Source: a virus
Lineage: Duplodnaviria; Caudoviricetes
Direction: 5' to 3' (one strand)
IMG/VR virus record: IMGVR_UViG_3300027868_000002
Span: 1 to 50,198 of that record
DNA length: 50,198 nucleotides
Under the pieces are notes generated by a model. It had not been told where the DNA came from and searched no databases. It saw nothing but the letters and a program-made list of their open reading frames with translations. Below, piece after piece: positions 17,381 through 26,900 of the stretch (position 1 is its first letter; the number at the start of each line of letters is the position of its first letter). The translations under genes were made by a program, and so were the position numbers.

Positions 17381-17559
17381 AAGCATTTGAAGAATGGACG
17401 AACACGATTAAATACTGGAATCCAGAGAAATATAAAGGCGCTAAAGATGCTTGGAAAGCGGCTTTGAAGCGGGTGTTGAAGGCTATAATAAAAGAAAGTA
17501 ACGGGCCAAGCAACCCAAAAGATTTGATGGATTGGATTAATGAGGAGTTGGAGCAATGA
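17377..17559 (+). CDS. Small hypothetical protein (W.AAL family, paralog 1)
   Basis: MKAFEEW...AWKAAL...EELEQ. Confidence 0.7.
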   Translation: MKAFEEWTNTIKYWNPEKYKGAKDAWKAALKRVLKAIIKESNGPSNPKDLMDWINEELEQ

Positions 17560-17690
17560 AAACGGCAGTAATGCTATTAAAAGGTATAGGATATATATTT
17601 GGTATATTCTTTATATTCTATATTTCTGGTTTATTATTTGGTATATTATTATATTTATTAATTAAAACTACTGAGTTTATAGGGGTTTAA
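17556..17690 (+). CDS. 44-aa membrane protein (not in ORF track)
   Basis: ATGA overlap with upstream stop; hydrophobic stretch. Confidence 0.55.
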   Translation: MKTAVMLLKGIGYIFGIFFIFYISGLLFGILLYLLIKTTEFIGV

Positions 17691-17691
17691 C

Positions 17692-17877
17692 ATAAAAGCG
17701 TTTCAAAAAGAATGGAAAGAATCACCACCTCAAATTGAGGAAAGTTCCCATCATAAATCAATAGCTGCGTTTTTCTGGAGAGCGGCGTTGGAGTGGGCAC
17801 TAAAACATCAAACTGATATAGGCTATAGTATTCCCGCTATTCCAGTTGATATTATTCAAAAAGAATTAGAACAATAA
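17692..17877 (+). pseudogene. Paralog 2 of W.AAL family with ATA in place of start codon
   Basis: (I)KAFQKEW...FWRAALEW...KELEQ open frame, AGGGG RBS, ATA at the expected ATG. Confidence 0.55.
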
Positions 17878-17893
17878 TACAAAGGAGCAAAAG

Positions 17894-18130
17894 GTGAAAT
17901 TAAATCAAAACTTTACAAAACCAGAAACCCGCTCAGTGTTATCATTCACCAAGGAAGAATTAATTGATGCACTTCAAGAATATGCCGAACAGTGTGGATA
18001 TTCTTTTACAAAGGGCAGCACATACAGGGTTTGGCATCCAGATAAAATGTGTAGAGATGAATATTTAACTAAATTGGTGGTAGATGCAGGTGGTAATATT
18101 GGCGCAATACAGAAAGGAGCAAGAGAATGA
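17894..18130 (+). CDS. Hypothetical protein
   Basis: AAGGAG RBS before GTG. Confidence 0.7.
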   Translation: MKLNQNFTKPETRSVLSFTKEELIDALQEYAEQCGYSFTKGSTYRVWHPDKMCRDEYLTKLVVDAGGNIGAIQKGARE

Positions 18131-18321
18131 TTGACCCAAACATAAATCCACATGAAGTTGCAGTTGAAGAATTAGAGAAAGCTATAGCAGAGGGAGCGAG
18201 ATTTGCATTTGATATGGAAGCGGTTGTATTGGCTGATTTGTATAGAAAAAAACAAAACTGTATGCCCAATCCGGTTAAGGGATGTAGTTTGTCATTGTTT
18301 CCTATGAAAAAAGAGTGCTGA
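18127..18321 (+). CDS. Hypothetical protein
   Basis: AAGGAG RBS; ATGA overlap. Confidence 0.6.
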   Translation: MIDPNINPHEVAVEELEKAIAEGARFAFDMEAVVLADLYRKKQNCMPNPVKGCSLSLFPMKKEC

Positions 18322-18341
18322 TTTGTATAGGGGAGATAAAA

Positions 18342-18524
18342 GTGAAAAAGAAAACACTAATTGAGAAAATCAGAAATTATCTTGATACATCAGGTATGTG
18401 TTATTGCTACCGTTGTGGTTGTTATTATGATGATGAGAGAAGAGCTAAGAGCCTGGCAAGATTCGTACAAAAAATAATTAAGGAGCAAAAGAATGAGAAA
18501 AATAATTCGCGGAACAGTAGGTAA
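18342..18524 (+). CDS. Hypothetical protein
   Basis: GGGAG RBS before GTG18342. Confidence 0.55.
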   Translation: MKKKTLIEKIRNYLDTSGMCYCYRCGCYYDDERRAKSLARFVQKIIKEQKNEKNNSRNSR

Positions 18525-19449
18525 AACCGATAGCGGCAAGTCAAGCAAGTTCGCCTCCCGTCTAAAGCGAATCGAGAAGCAGCAAACTGCCCATGACATT
18601 GTGTTCGAGTCAGAAGCATCTGTCGCTACTACGTGTTTTGAAGAATCTATAAGTGCTGTATTCGGTATGCCTGGGGTTGGCAAGTCAAAGTTTGCCGAAG
18701 AAATGGGATTTGCCTTACAAAAGAAATACAACTTATCCCAATCCGGTGTATACTTTATCCAATGTGAACGTATTAACCACAGTTGGAACATCCGCAAGAC
18801 AATGGTTCCGACTTGGCCAACCTTCCGAGCCTTTGTCGATAAGATGGAGAAATCGCCCGAATTGGTAAAAACTGTAAAGATGTGGTGTATTGATACCATA
18901 GACGCTTTAGCCCCTCTTGGCATTAGCACCATCTGTCACGACATGGGTATTGCGGATTTACGAGAGGCCACAAGAAAGTTAGGCAGCGATGGCTGGTTTG
19001 CCGAAGCCTGGCAAGAGTTACGATTTGAATTGGAATATCAGATATTAAGGCTGGCCTCATTCGGCCCAGGTGTTTTGATACTGTCACATGAAAGAGAGAG
19101 AAAGAGGACGGAAAACAATAGAGAAGTTAATAAGGCCAGTATGGATTTGAGTAATTCGATTTACAATTCAGTGGGCGATGCTTGTTCGATGATACTCCAC
19201 ATGAGAGTTGTAAATGATGTTACAAGAAAAGCAAAGAGCAGGCCGATTAGGTGTTTAAGTTGTTTGAGTAGTGAAAGTGAAGAGGCTAAGGATAATTTAG
19301 GTGTATTGTTGAAGAAGTATCCAGAAGGAACTATGAGATTTGGGTCAGAGCGAGAGGCCGTTGATAATCTTTTAGGGTGTTTTGGTAAGCAAAAAAGTGT
19401 TGTCAAGAAGCATAAGAAAGTCAAGAGAACTGTAAGACGAAAGAGATAA
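18493..19449 (+). CDS. AAA_24 / Sak4-like recombination ATPase
   Basis: Walker A GMPGVGKS, Walker B CIDT, ILSHE, AKD; context with exonuclease and SSB. Confidence 0.8.
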   Translation: MRKIIRGTVGKTDSGKSSKFASRLKRIEKQQTAHDIVFESEASVATTCFEESISAVFGMPGVGKSKFAEEMGFALQKKYNLSQSGVYFIQCERINHSWNIRKTMVPTWPTFRAFVDKMEKSPELVKTVKMWCIDTIDALAPLGISTICHDMGIADLREATRKLGSDGWFAEAWQELRFELEYQILRLASFGPGVLILSHERERKRTENNREVNKASMDLSNSIYNSVGDACSMILHMRVVNDVTRKAKSRPIRCLSCLSSESEEAKDNLGVLLKKYPEGTMRFGSEREAVDNLLGCFGKQKSVVKKHKKVKRTVRRKR

Positions 19450-19452
19450 AAC

Positions 19453-19629
19453 ATGCCAAACGAAAGAGATGTTCCTAAGAAATATACTGGTCTTTATGAT
19501 AAATGCAAGAAAAGCAGAAAAGCAGCCATACGTTCCTTTTGTGTCGAGTGTGTGGGTTATGTCAGTTTTGAAGTAATAAAATGTACTGATAAAGGCTGTC
19601 CGTTGTATAGTTGGCGTAAGACAGGATAA
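19453..19629 (+). CDS. 58-aa Cys-rich protein (not in ORF track)
   Basis: AIRSFCVEC..EV..C....CPLY.WR. Confidence 0.7.
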   Translation: MPNERDVPKKYTGLYDKCKKSRKAAIRSFCVECVGYVSFEVIKCTDKGCPLYSWRKTG

Positions 19630-19834
19630 CAACGTCTTATTTTAGCTGGATTATCTACGTCAAATTGATCCACAATTGATTGTTTTTAGAAATAAGTGCT
19701 ATGAGTCAAGGATAAAAAGTAGGACAATTTAGTGTGCTTTAGACACGTGAAAGGAGGTAATTCAACAAACAAATAACCGTATAGTAGTAATAGTCACATG
19801 AAATAGTATTATTTTTTAATGAAAGGAAAAGTGT

Positions 19835-20449
19835 ATGGCACAAGTAAGTGTAGCATCAAAGTTAAGAGCGTTAAAGAAAGAGTGGAAGGGAGCTGCACCA
19901 CGAACAGGCGGTGGGCTGCCAGATGGAGAGTATGAAGGAGTCATCAGAACTGCTGTTGTCGGCCTGTCTAAGTCTGAGTCCAGGCGGCTGCAATGTGTAT
20001 GGTCGATAGAAACCACAGCACCAGAGGGGTTTGAAGGCCGTAAGCAGACTAAAACTGCTGGCCTTGAGTCCGAGGATAATCTGTGCTGGTTTCAGGGCGA
20101 TTTGGCTGTTCTTGGGATTGATCCTCCAGATGATGTGGATGACATTCCTGATGCTGCCGGTCAGACTGAGGGATTGCCTATTGCCTTTAAGGTTCGTACC
20201 AATAAAGAATTTACCAATGTTGACTTTATTGGTTTGCTTGAAGGTGTAGAAGTAGAACAGCCGAGTAGTGAAGTTGAGGAAGGCAACGAAGATGAATTGA
20301 CAGCAGAGATGGTGACAGCGATGGGTAAGGAAGAAGATGAGGACGGACTTCAGGCGATTATTGATGAGTATGAGATAGACATTGACCAAGACGACTATGA
20401 GACGTATGCTGAAGTGGCCGACCTTATCATCGCAGAATTGGCACTGTAA
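19835..20449 (+). CDS. DUF669-like single-stranded DNA-binding protein
   Basis: LPDGEYE..I OB-fold start, acidic C-terminus, position after Sak4-like gene. Confidence 0.75.
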   Translation: MAQVSVASKLRALKKEWKGAAPRTGGGLPDGEYEGVIRTAVVGLSKSESRRLQCVWSIETTAPEGFEGRKQTKTAGLESEDNLCWFQGDLAVLGIDPPDDVDDIPDAAGQTEGLPIAFKVRTNKEFTNVDFIGLLEGVEVEQPSSEVEEGNEDELTAEMVTAMGKEEDEDGLQAIIDEYEIDIDQDDYETYAEVADLIIAELAL

Positions 20450-20502
20450 GAGAGATTAGAATGAGATTTATAGAGACATAGACATACATCTCTTTTGCTC
20501 AA

Positions 20503-20545
20503 ACTGAGCGGTCTTGGCTCACCGCTGAGGCCGCTTGGTATTTTT
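20503..20545 (+). terminator. Intrinsic terminator
   Basis: ACTGAGCGGTCTTGGC/GCTGAGGCCGCTTGGT stem plus TTTTT. Confidence 0.8.
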
Positions 20546-20559
20546 GATTAAGGAATACA

Positions 20560-21054
20560 ATGAAAGAAAAGCTATATACAATACCAGAGTTTTTTGATTA
20601 CAGTATTACTAAAACCGGAAAAGTTTGGTCGAGTTACACTAATAAATGGCTAAAAACACACAAACATCGAGACGGATATTTGCTTGTTTCTATGTCCCGC
20701 AAAGGCAAGCACTATCATCGTTCTATTCATCGCCTGCTTCTACAGACTTTTGTCGGCCCATGTCCGAAGGGAATGGAATGTAGACATTTAGACGACAATA
20801 ATCAAAATAATAGTTTATCTAATCTAAAATGGGGAACGCATAAAGAGAATATGCAGGATACTATCAAACATAGAGGACGTAATGGAGGCAGTCTCAAATT
20901 ATCTGAGACAAATGTCAGAATGATTATCTATATGTGGCGAACAGGATTATTTACTCAAACAAAAATAGCTGATGTTTATGGCGTTACTCTTTCTTGTATT
21001 AATCATATCATAGACAAAAGAACTTGGAAACACGTTTGGAGTAAATCAGCATAA
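20560..21054 (+). CDS. HNH homing endonuclease (NUMOD4/HNH_3 type)
   Basis: HRLL..F.G, ECRHLDDN..NN..SNLKWGT..EN, C-terminal HTH. Confidence 0.9.
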   Translation: MKEKLYTIPEFFDYSITKTGKVWSSYTNKWLKTHKHRDGYLLVSMSRKGKHYHRSIHRLLLQTFVGPCPKGMECRHLDDNNQNNSLSNLKWGTHKENMQDTIKHRGRNGGSLKLSETNVRMIIYMWRTGLFTQTKIADVYGVTLSCINHIIDKRTWKHVWSKSA

Positions 21055-21094
21055 ATTGGGGCGCTCGTCCCTTTATTGGAATTATAGGGGTTGA

Positions 21095-21994
21095 ATGATG
21101 AATAAATTAATCTGCGGTGGTTGTTCAAAAATAATGAGAAATATGCCGGAAGATTTGGTTGATTTAGTTTTTGGCTCCCCACCTTATGAAGACGCCCGTA
21201 CTTATGGAATTGACTTTAATCTGAAAGGCCAAGATTGGGTTGATTGGATGGTTGAAATTTACGAAGAGTCTGTCCGAATTTCTAAAGGACTTGTGGCTTT
21301 TGTAGTACAGGGTAGAACGAGGAAATTCAAGTGGTCTTGCACACCGGCGCTGTTGATTGCTGATTTGCACAGGGCAGGACTTAATGTTCGCAATCCTCCA
21401 ATTTATTATCGTTCTGGTATTCCTGGTTCTGGTGGGCCGGATTGGTTGCGGTCTGACTATGAATGGATTGTTTGTGCGTCTAAGCCTGGACGGTTGGTTT
21501 GGAGTGACAATACTGCTTGTGGAAATAATCCGAAGTATAAGCCAGGAGGTGACTGCACTAATCGGAAAAAAAATGGGAAACGGGTGAGAGTTTCGGGTAT
21601 GTTATCAGGAGCAAAAAACGACATGCCACATGCACAGCATGGTGGTCGCTCTGGTGAGTTGAGCACTGATGGTACGATTACTCGTAAAAATGGCAAGGTC
21701 TATCAGCCTCCCAAAATAGCTAACCCTGGTAACGTAATCCAATGCAGCGGTGGCCATCTTGGTTCCAAACTTGCTCATAAAAACGAAGCCCCATTTCCGC
21801 TCAAACTGGCTGAGTTTTTCATTAAATCATTCTGTCCTCCAAACGGTACAGCGCTCGATCCGTTTTGTGGTAGTTCAACAACCGGCCATGCTTGTGTAAA
21901 GAATGGAAGAAATTACATTGGTATAGATTGTCGTCAATCTCAAATTAAATTAAGCCGTAAAAGACTTGTAGCAGCCAAAAAAGAATTGAGATGA
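21095..21994 (+). CDS. Beta-class DNA amino-methyltransferase (N4-C likely)
   Basis: SPPY before the DPFCGS SAM-binding motif; APFP. Confidence 0.9.
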   Translation: MMNKLICGGCSKIMRNMPEDLVDLVFGSPPYEDARTYGIDFNLKGQDWVDWMVEIYEESVRISKGLVAFVVQGRTRKFKWSCTPALLIADLHRAGLNVRNPPIYYRSGIPGSGGPDWLRSDYEWIVCASKPGRLVWSDNTACGNNPKYKPGGDCTNRKKNGKRVRVSGMLSGAKNDMPHAQHGGRSGELSTDGTITRKNGKVYQPPKIANPGNVIQCSGGHLGSKLAHKNEAPFPLKLAEFFIKSFCPPNGTALDPFCGSSTTGHACVKNGRNYIGIDCRQSQIKLSRKRLVAAKKELR

Positions 21995-22237
21995 GAGAGG
22001 CACTTTGTGTAATAGTATTGTTTTATTGTGTACTTAGAATATGTTGGATAATTGGTACATGGAGTAAACGGTGGCACAAATAAATGAGCGAATGAAACCC
22101 TGGGGAATAACACAAGAAGAATTGGACTTACGCTTTGAATATGCTGAAGGCAGGATTACTATGAAGGAATTTAAGAGAAGGTATAAAGAATTAATGAGAC
22201 AAGATTTGATTAGACGGAATGGAAAGGTGGTGAAAGA

Positions 22238-22768
22238 ATGATTAGGCGTTGGAAATTTGTAAAAGGCTTTAGTGCTTACATGGTAACAGACGAAGGAGAG
22301 GTATTTAGGCAATCTTTGGTTAAACCTTGTTCCGGTGGTTCTAATGGGTACCAAATAGTTTCTCTATCTCAAAATGGGCAAAAGAAAAGCGCTGCAATTC
22401 ATTCGCTTGTATTGGCCACTTTCGGCCCCCCAAAACCCGAAGGATATATAGCACACCATATTGATGGAAATCCTTTTAATAACGCCATTGAAAATCTAAA
22501 ATGGATTTCAAGATCAGAACATAGTAAAATACATCCCAGGCGTAAAGGAGGCAAGAGAAACAGAACTGGTATTGCTTGTGATAATCCCTGGAGAGGTGAA
22601 AGAGTTAGTTCAGCAAAATTAACAAGCGAGAAAGTACGAGAAATAAGAAGATTGTATGCCGTTAAAAATGGAAAATATGATCTTCTTACTCTTTCTAAAA
22701 TGTATGGCGTTAATATGCCAACTATAAGTAAAATAATAAATTATAAAACATGGAAGCATGTAATATGA
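22238..22768 (+). CDS. HNH homing endonuclease (NUMOD4/HNH_3 type)
   Basis: HSLVL.TF, HHIDGNPFNN..ENLKW, SAKLT...WKHV. Confidence 0.9.
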   Translation: MIRRWKFVKGFSAYMVTDEGEVFRQSLVKPCSGGSNGYQIVSLSQNGQKKSAAIHSLVLATFGPPKPEGYIAHHIDGNPFNNAIENLKWISRSEHSKIHPRRKGGKRNRTGIACDNPWRGERVSSAKLTSEKVREIRRLYAVKNGKYDLLTLSKMYGVNMPTISKIINYKTWKHVI

Positions 22769-22782
22769 AAATCTGATAAGAC

Positions 22783-23088
22783 ATGAAAAGTCTATTGAGG
22801 AAAATAGCCGAAAATAGGAAACTAATGACAAGATCAAGAAAAAAACCGCATATTATTATCTCTAAGGCGTGGGACAAATTCAAAGAGAAAATGTTTCGCC
22901 ATAAAATTAAGAAAGAATTACGAATTATCGAAAAAGAAATTCCATTTAATCCAGATAGAGATTTTGAAAAATCTTTGGAGTATAATAAAATGGGCAGTTG
23001 GGGTACTCGTTTAGGATGGGACATTCCGCCACAGGAATCAGACGATACTTGGATGCACAAAGAATATAAAAAGGCAAAACGAAAGTAA
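22783..23088 (+). CDS. Basic hypothetical protein
   Basis: ORF track, operon position. Confidence 0.55.
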   Translation: MKSLLRKIAENRKLMTRSRKKPHIIISKAWDKFKEKMFRHKIKKELRIIEKEIPFNPDRDFEKSLEYNKMGSWGTRLGWDIPPQESDDTWMHKEYKKAKRK

Positions 23089-23125
23089 AACAAATATTAT
23101 CAACTTTAATGAAAGGGAAAAACAA

Positions 23126-23314
23126 ATGAAAGTAATTAACACAGCATTACAAGTAGAAATGACACAAGAAGAGGCCAGAACAATAGTTAAAATGATTGGG
23201 CCAACTTCTACTGAAAGCAGGATGAAGGATTTTAATTTAACCAAAGAAGAGGGCGATCTTGCAGAGAAAATTTATGACGTACTATCAGATGTTGTAGGAG
23301 ACAACTATGACTAA
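23126..23314 (+). CDS. Hypothetical protein
   Basis: GAAAGGG RBS. Confidence 0.7.
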   Translation: MKVINTALQVEMTQEEARTIVKMIGPTSTESRMKDFNLTKEEGDLAEKIYDVLSDVVGDNYD

Positions 23315-23768
23315 AAAACAAAAACTATTTGCAGGATTTTTGGTACTATTCTTAATTGTATTCATCGGTGTAGGTTGTATTCAAGACGCCATTGTTCCGT
23401 GTGAAATTGACCAAGATGCTATAGAATATACCGGCGAAGCACCAACAATGTATGCTCCCTGGACTACAATTCACGATGGAAACAGAATAAAGCGTAAAAT
23501 GGAATACATTCATTTGACAAAACAGGAGACAGCCAAACGTCTAAGTGAAGATGACACTATGTTTTATGACTATATTAACAACAATATGACAATCAACTTG
23601 GATAATGCACAACAGATTAAGGACGCTGTGTTTGACCCCACCGGCCCATTGGCTATGATGCTTCCTGCTCTGATGGGCATGGGTTTGGGTAGGTATATGA
23701 AATCGCCGCGCGAACAAGCGTTGGAAAAAGAAGTGAATGGAAACAGCAAAACAACTACTTCAGCTTGA
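23307..23768 (+). CDS. Lipoprotein with C-terminal hydrophobic segment
   Basis: MTKKQK + hydrophobic core + lipobox-like GVGC; C-terminal PLAMMLPALMGMGLG. Confidence 0.75.
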   Translation: MTKKQKLFAGFLVLFLIVFIGVGCIQDAIVPCEIDQDAIEYTGEAPTMYAPWTTIHDGNRIKRKMEYIHLTKQETAKRLSEDDTMFYDYINNNMTINLDNAQQIKDAVFDPTGPLAMMLPALMGMGLGRYMKSPREQALEKEVNGNSKTTTSA

Positions 23769-23931
23769 GGAGCAAAACAATCAAAGTAATGATTAACCCA
23801 ACACAAACTGTAAATGTGTAAAAGGCGTAATGAAAATGATGCTCCAAATGATTGTCAAAACCAGTTTCAATGTTTTCCAGCCGTTCATCTATACGCATTA
23901 GTAAATCGTGGTCAGTTTGTTTATCAATCAT
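23755..23931 (-). CDS. 58-aa coiled-coil plus C-terminal TM protein (XhlA/holin-like; not in ORF track)
   Basis: MIDKQTDHDLLMRIDERLENIE...NHLEHH + hydrophobic tail; AGGTG RBS. Confidence 0.7.
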   Translation of the reverse strand: MIDKQTDHDLLMRIDERLENIETGFDNHLEHHFHYAFYTFTVCVGLIITLIVLLLKLK

Positions 23932-23947
23932 TTAGTCACCTGCCATT

Positions 23948-23986
23948 GGTCATAGCTCACGGACGAAGCTATGGCCTTTTTATTTT
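23948..23986 (+). terminator. Terminator at convergence of the two genome arms
   Basis: GGTCATAGCT/AGCTATGGCC stem plus TTTTTATTTT. Confidence 0.75.
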
Positions 23987-26900
23987 CTCATTTCTCTTTG
24001 CAATTCAGCAAACGCCCTATTTTTTGCGTAACTAACGGCGGACTTTAATAACACACGCTTCAACTCTGGCCGTAGTCCTTCTCGTATTTCCAATTGAGAC
24101 AGCCGTTCATCTAAATTTTGTGATACCAAAGCAAGGTATTTGGAATACCGTTCATCATTAAGATAAAACCCACTTGGATTTCTTCCTACATTAGTTGACA
24201 CACCTTCAACCTTTTTTTGATTAGTTTTACTTAACTTGGAATGAATATATTTACCAGCCCTTTTTTCTTCATCTTTTATTCTTTGTGAATTAAAGGGGTC
24301 TTTAGCTCTATCTTCGGCTACTTGTTCGTCCAAATCAGCAAACTCATCTTTATACTTCATTTTGAGTCGGGCTTGTTCTAATCTATTTAGAGCACCCCAA
24401 TCTTTATCATACTCTTGATTAGCCATTGTCTCTCTAAACTTAGCTCTGGTAGAAGCAGGGTTGACAGTATAAGACAAAGTTCCTATACCAGCAAAACCCA
24501 TGACGCCAATTGGTGTATTGCCAATAAAATCTTTTACAGCCTCTGAACCATCGCCCTCAGATAAAGCTTCCCACATACCATCAGCCTCACCAGCTTCAAC
24601 AATAGACACCAAAGCCTCAAAGGGAACTTGTTTTAACAAAGCTTCTGTTCGGCCTATGTCATTACCTATCCAATCTTTACCAGTTGCTAATGTCTTCAAT
24701 AATCCTATCAATACGGTCTCACGGGATTGTAAGTATGTAAGTAATTCTTCTCCTGCACCTCTACCCCTTCGCGGTTGATATTCTCCTGTTAGTTGTTGCT
24801 TTGCATATTGATGAGCACTAACTCCCAAACGGGCTAATAAGCGATACCAAGAAGCCTCTCCGAAAGAAAAATCAATTACATCATTGCCTATACGTCCCTT
24901 CCCCCATAATGAATCTGTTGGATTATATGAACCGTCAATAGGCGGCTCTTTAGTAGGGTCTTTAATACGATATTTGTTACCAACATAAGCAGCCATACTA
25001 CCCATACTGGCGATAGCAGCAATATTACTCAATACTAATTCAGCGCCATAAAGCCTATTTCCAGGCCCACCAGCAAATAAATTTGTTATGGCTTGTATCG
25101 TGCCTTTAGGCCGAGCAACAGTATAAGAAGGAGAGAATAAAAACCAGTTAGCGGCTCTTTGAATTTCTTTAGCTTTAGGATGTTTGGCCTGTACTCGTTT
25201 GGTAAATGTATTGATTATACTAACTCGTTTTTTCAGGAATGTATCTATCTGAGGCTGTGTGTAGCCTCTCATTCTCATTTTTTCGGTGTTCCGAAGAGTT
25301 TGATTAGTCAAAGACTCCATAGCTGAATTAATGCCAATAGAAGCCCCTCGCTCTGAAGCAGCAAAAATTTCTCCCCATTTTCTTAATACTATATTTTTAC
25401 GGCTTAATAGAAAATCCGTCCACATACCATATTGTTGTAATTTAGTACCGGCCTCATGTGAGGCTGTCCAGGGTTTCATTCCTAAATAATTAATACCTAA
25501 TTTTTTACCGGCCTTCCATGCAGGATCGGCTTCTATTTGTTGTATTAATTTATTAGCTCGTTCTTTGCCTCCTAAATAACCAACAAGGTTTTTCCATATA
25601 GCATTAAGATACATACGCGGGTGTCTGGCAGATAAAAGTGTAAGAGAACGTGCAGACTGAGGATCATAACCAAATTTAGATTTAAGGCCATCTCGCATTA
25701 ATACCGGCACATCCCATAGACCATAAGTTCTTTGGGCAGCTAATTGGGAATACATTTTCTGGATTGTAGGTGTACCCAATACTGGTTCTAACAATCCAAA
25801 TTCATAATTCGTTGGTATTTTTTTATAATATCGAAGATTATCCAAACTTCTTTGTAAATTGGAAAGCTTAAAGACATCTGCTTTAGAGCCATACACATCC
25901 ATTGCTTTAGCAGAAATACTGTTCCACTGTGAACCAGTTAGTTTAGGCGGCTCAACTTCAGGCCGTATAGCTTTTACCTTAAATCCTTTCTGTGCCGAAC
26001 GTATGGCCTCTTCAGCAGCAACTCCTTTTTTCTTGGCTATGTTTAATACTTCGTTGCCACCAGTTATTTGTTGAGCACGAAGTTTCTTAACTGCTGGTTG
26101 CCATTCTGATTTCTTAATCTTTTTGGCAGTAGGAACCCATTCATTGATAACTTTAATAGTCGAATCTATTTCTTGAAGAACTTTTAATTCTGGTTTCTTT
26201 TCAATTGGAACTTTTTTCGATACATCCTGAATAGCTTTTAATACCTTTGGGTCTTTGGCACGTATTCTTGACTGCACATACCCCAAACTTCGCAGGGCCG
26301 GAGGTATACCAGCACTAATAGCAACGTCAGCCCAATCTATTTCTCCAGTAGTTATTTTTTGTTCTGCCGCTGTCATTCCACCTAACATTGCTGATTCAGC
26401 GGCCAACCTACCAGTACGGGCTAATCTTGACGTACCAGGGATTACTTTGCCAGGAACAGAAAACGCTGTGTGCATTAAAGCTCCCTGCCCAGGCGCGCCT
26501 CCTGATACAAGATTTTGCACTTCCCATATTACTTTATCAGATACACCAGGCATTACTTTCTTTAACACATATAATTCAGCCGCGAATTTTGTTATGCCAG
26601 CAGCTACATCTGTGGCCTTTTCTCCAAAGGTTTCTGGTGTAGATATATCAAACTCCGGTACGGTCTCTCCTAATTTGTTTAGCACACCGTCTTTGATTAA
26701 TTTTTGTGCGTCCTTAAAACCTAAATCTACGCCGCGTTCTTTTGCTTTTCGACTTAACATATAGGCCGCAGGTATGGACATGATTTTACCGCCGCCAACA
26801 CCATAGAACGATTCTTTGGCGATTTGTGGTACTGTATTAATAATGTGTTTGCCAAACCTACCTAATAAAGATTCTGCTTCTTTGGCAGTATTATCAATAC

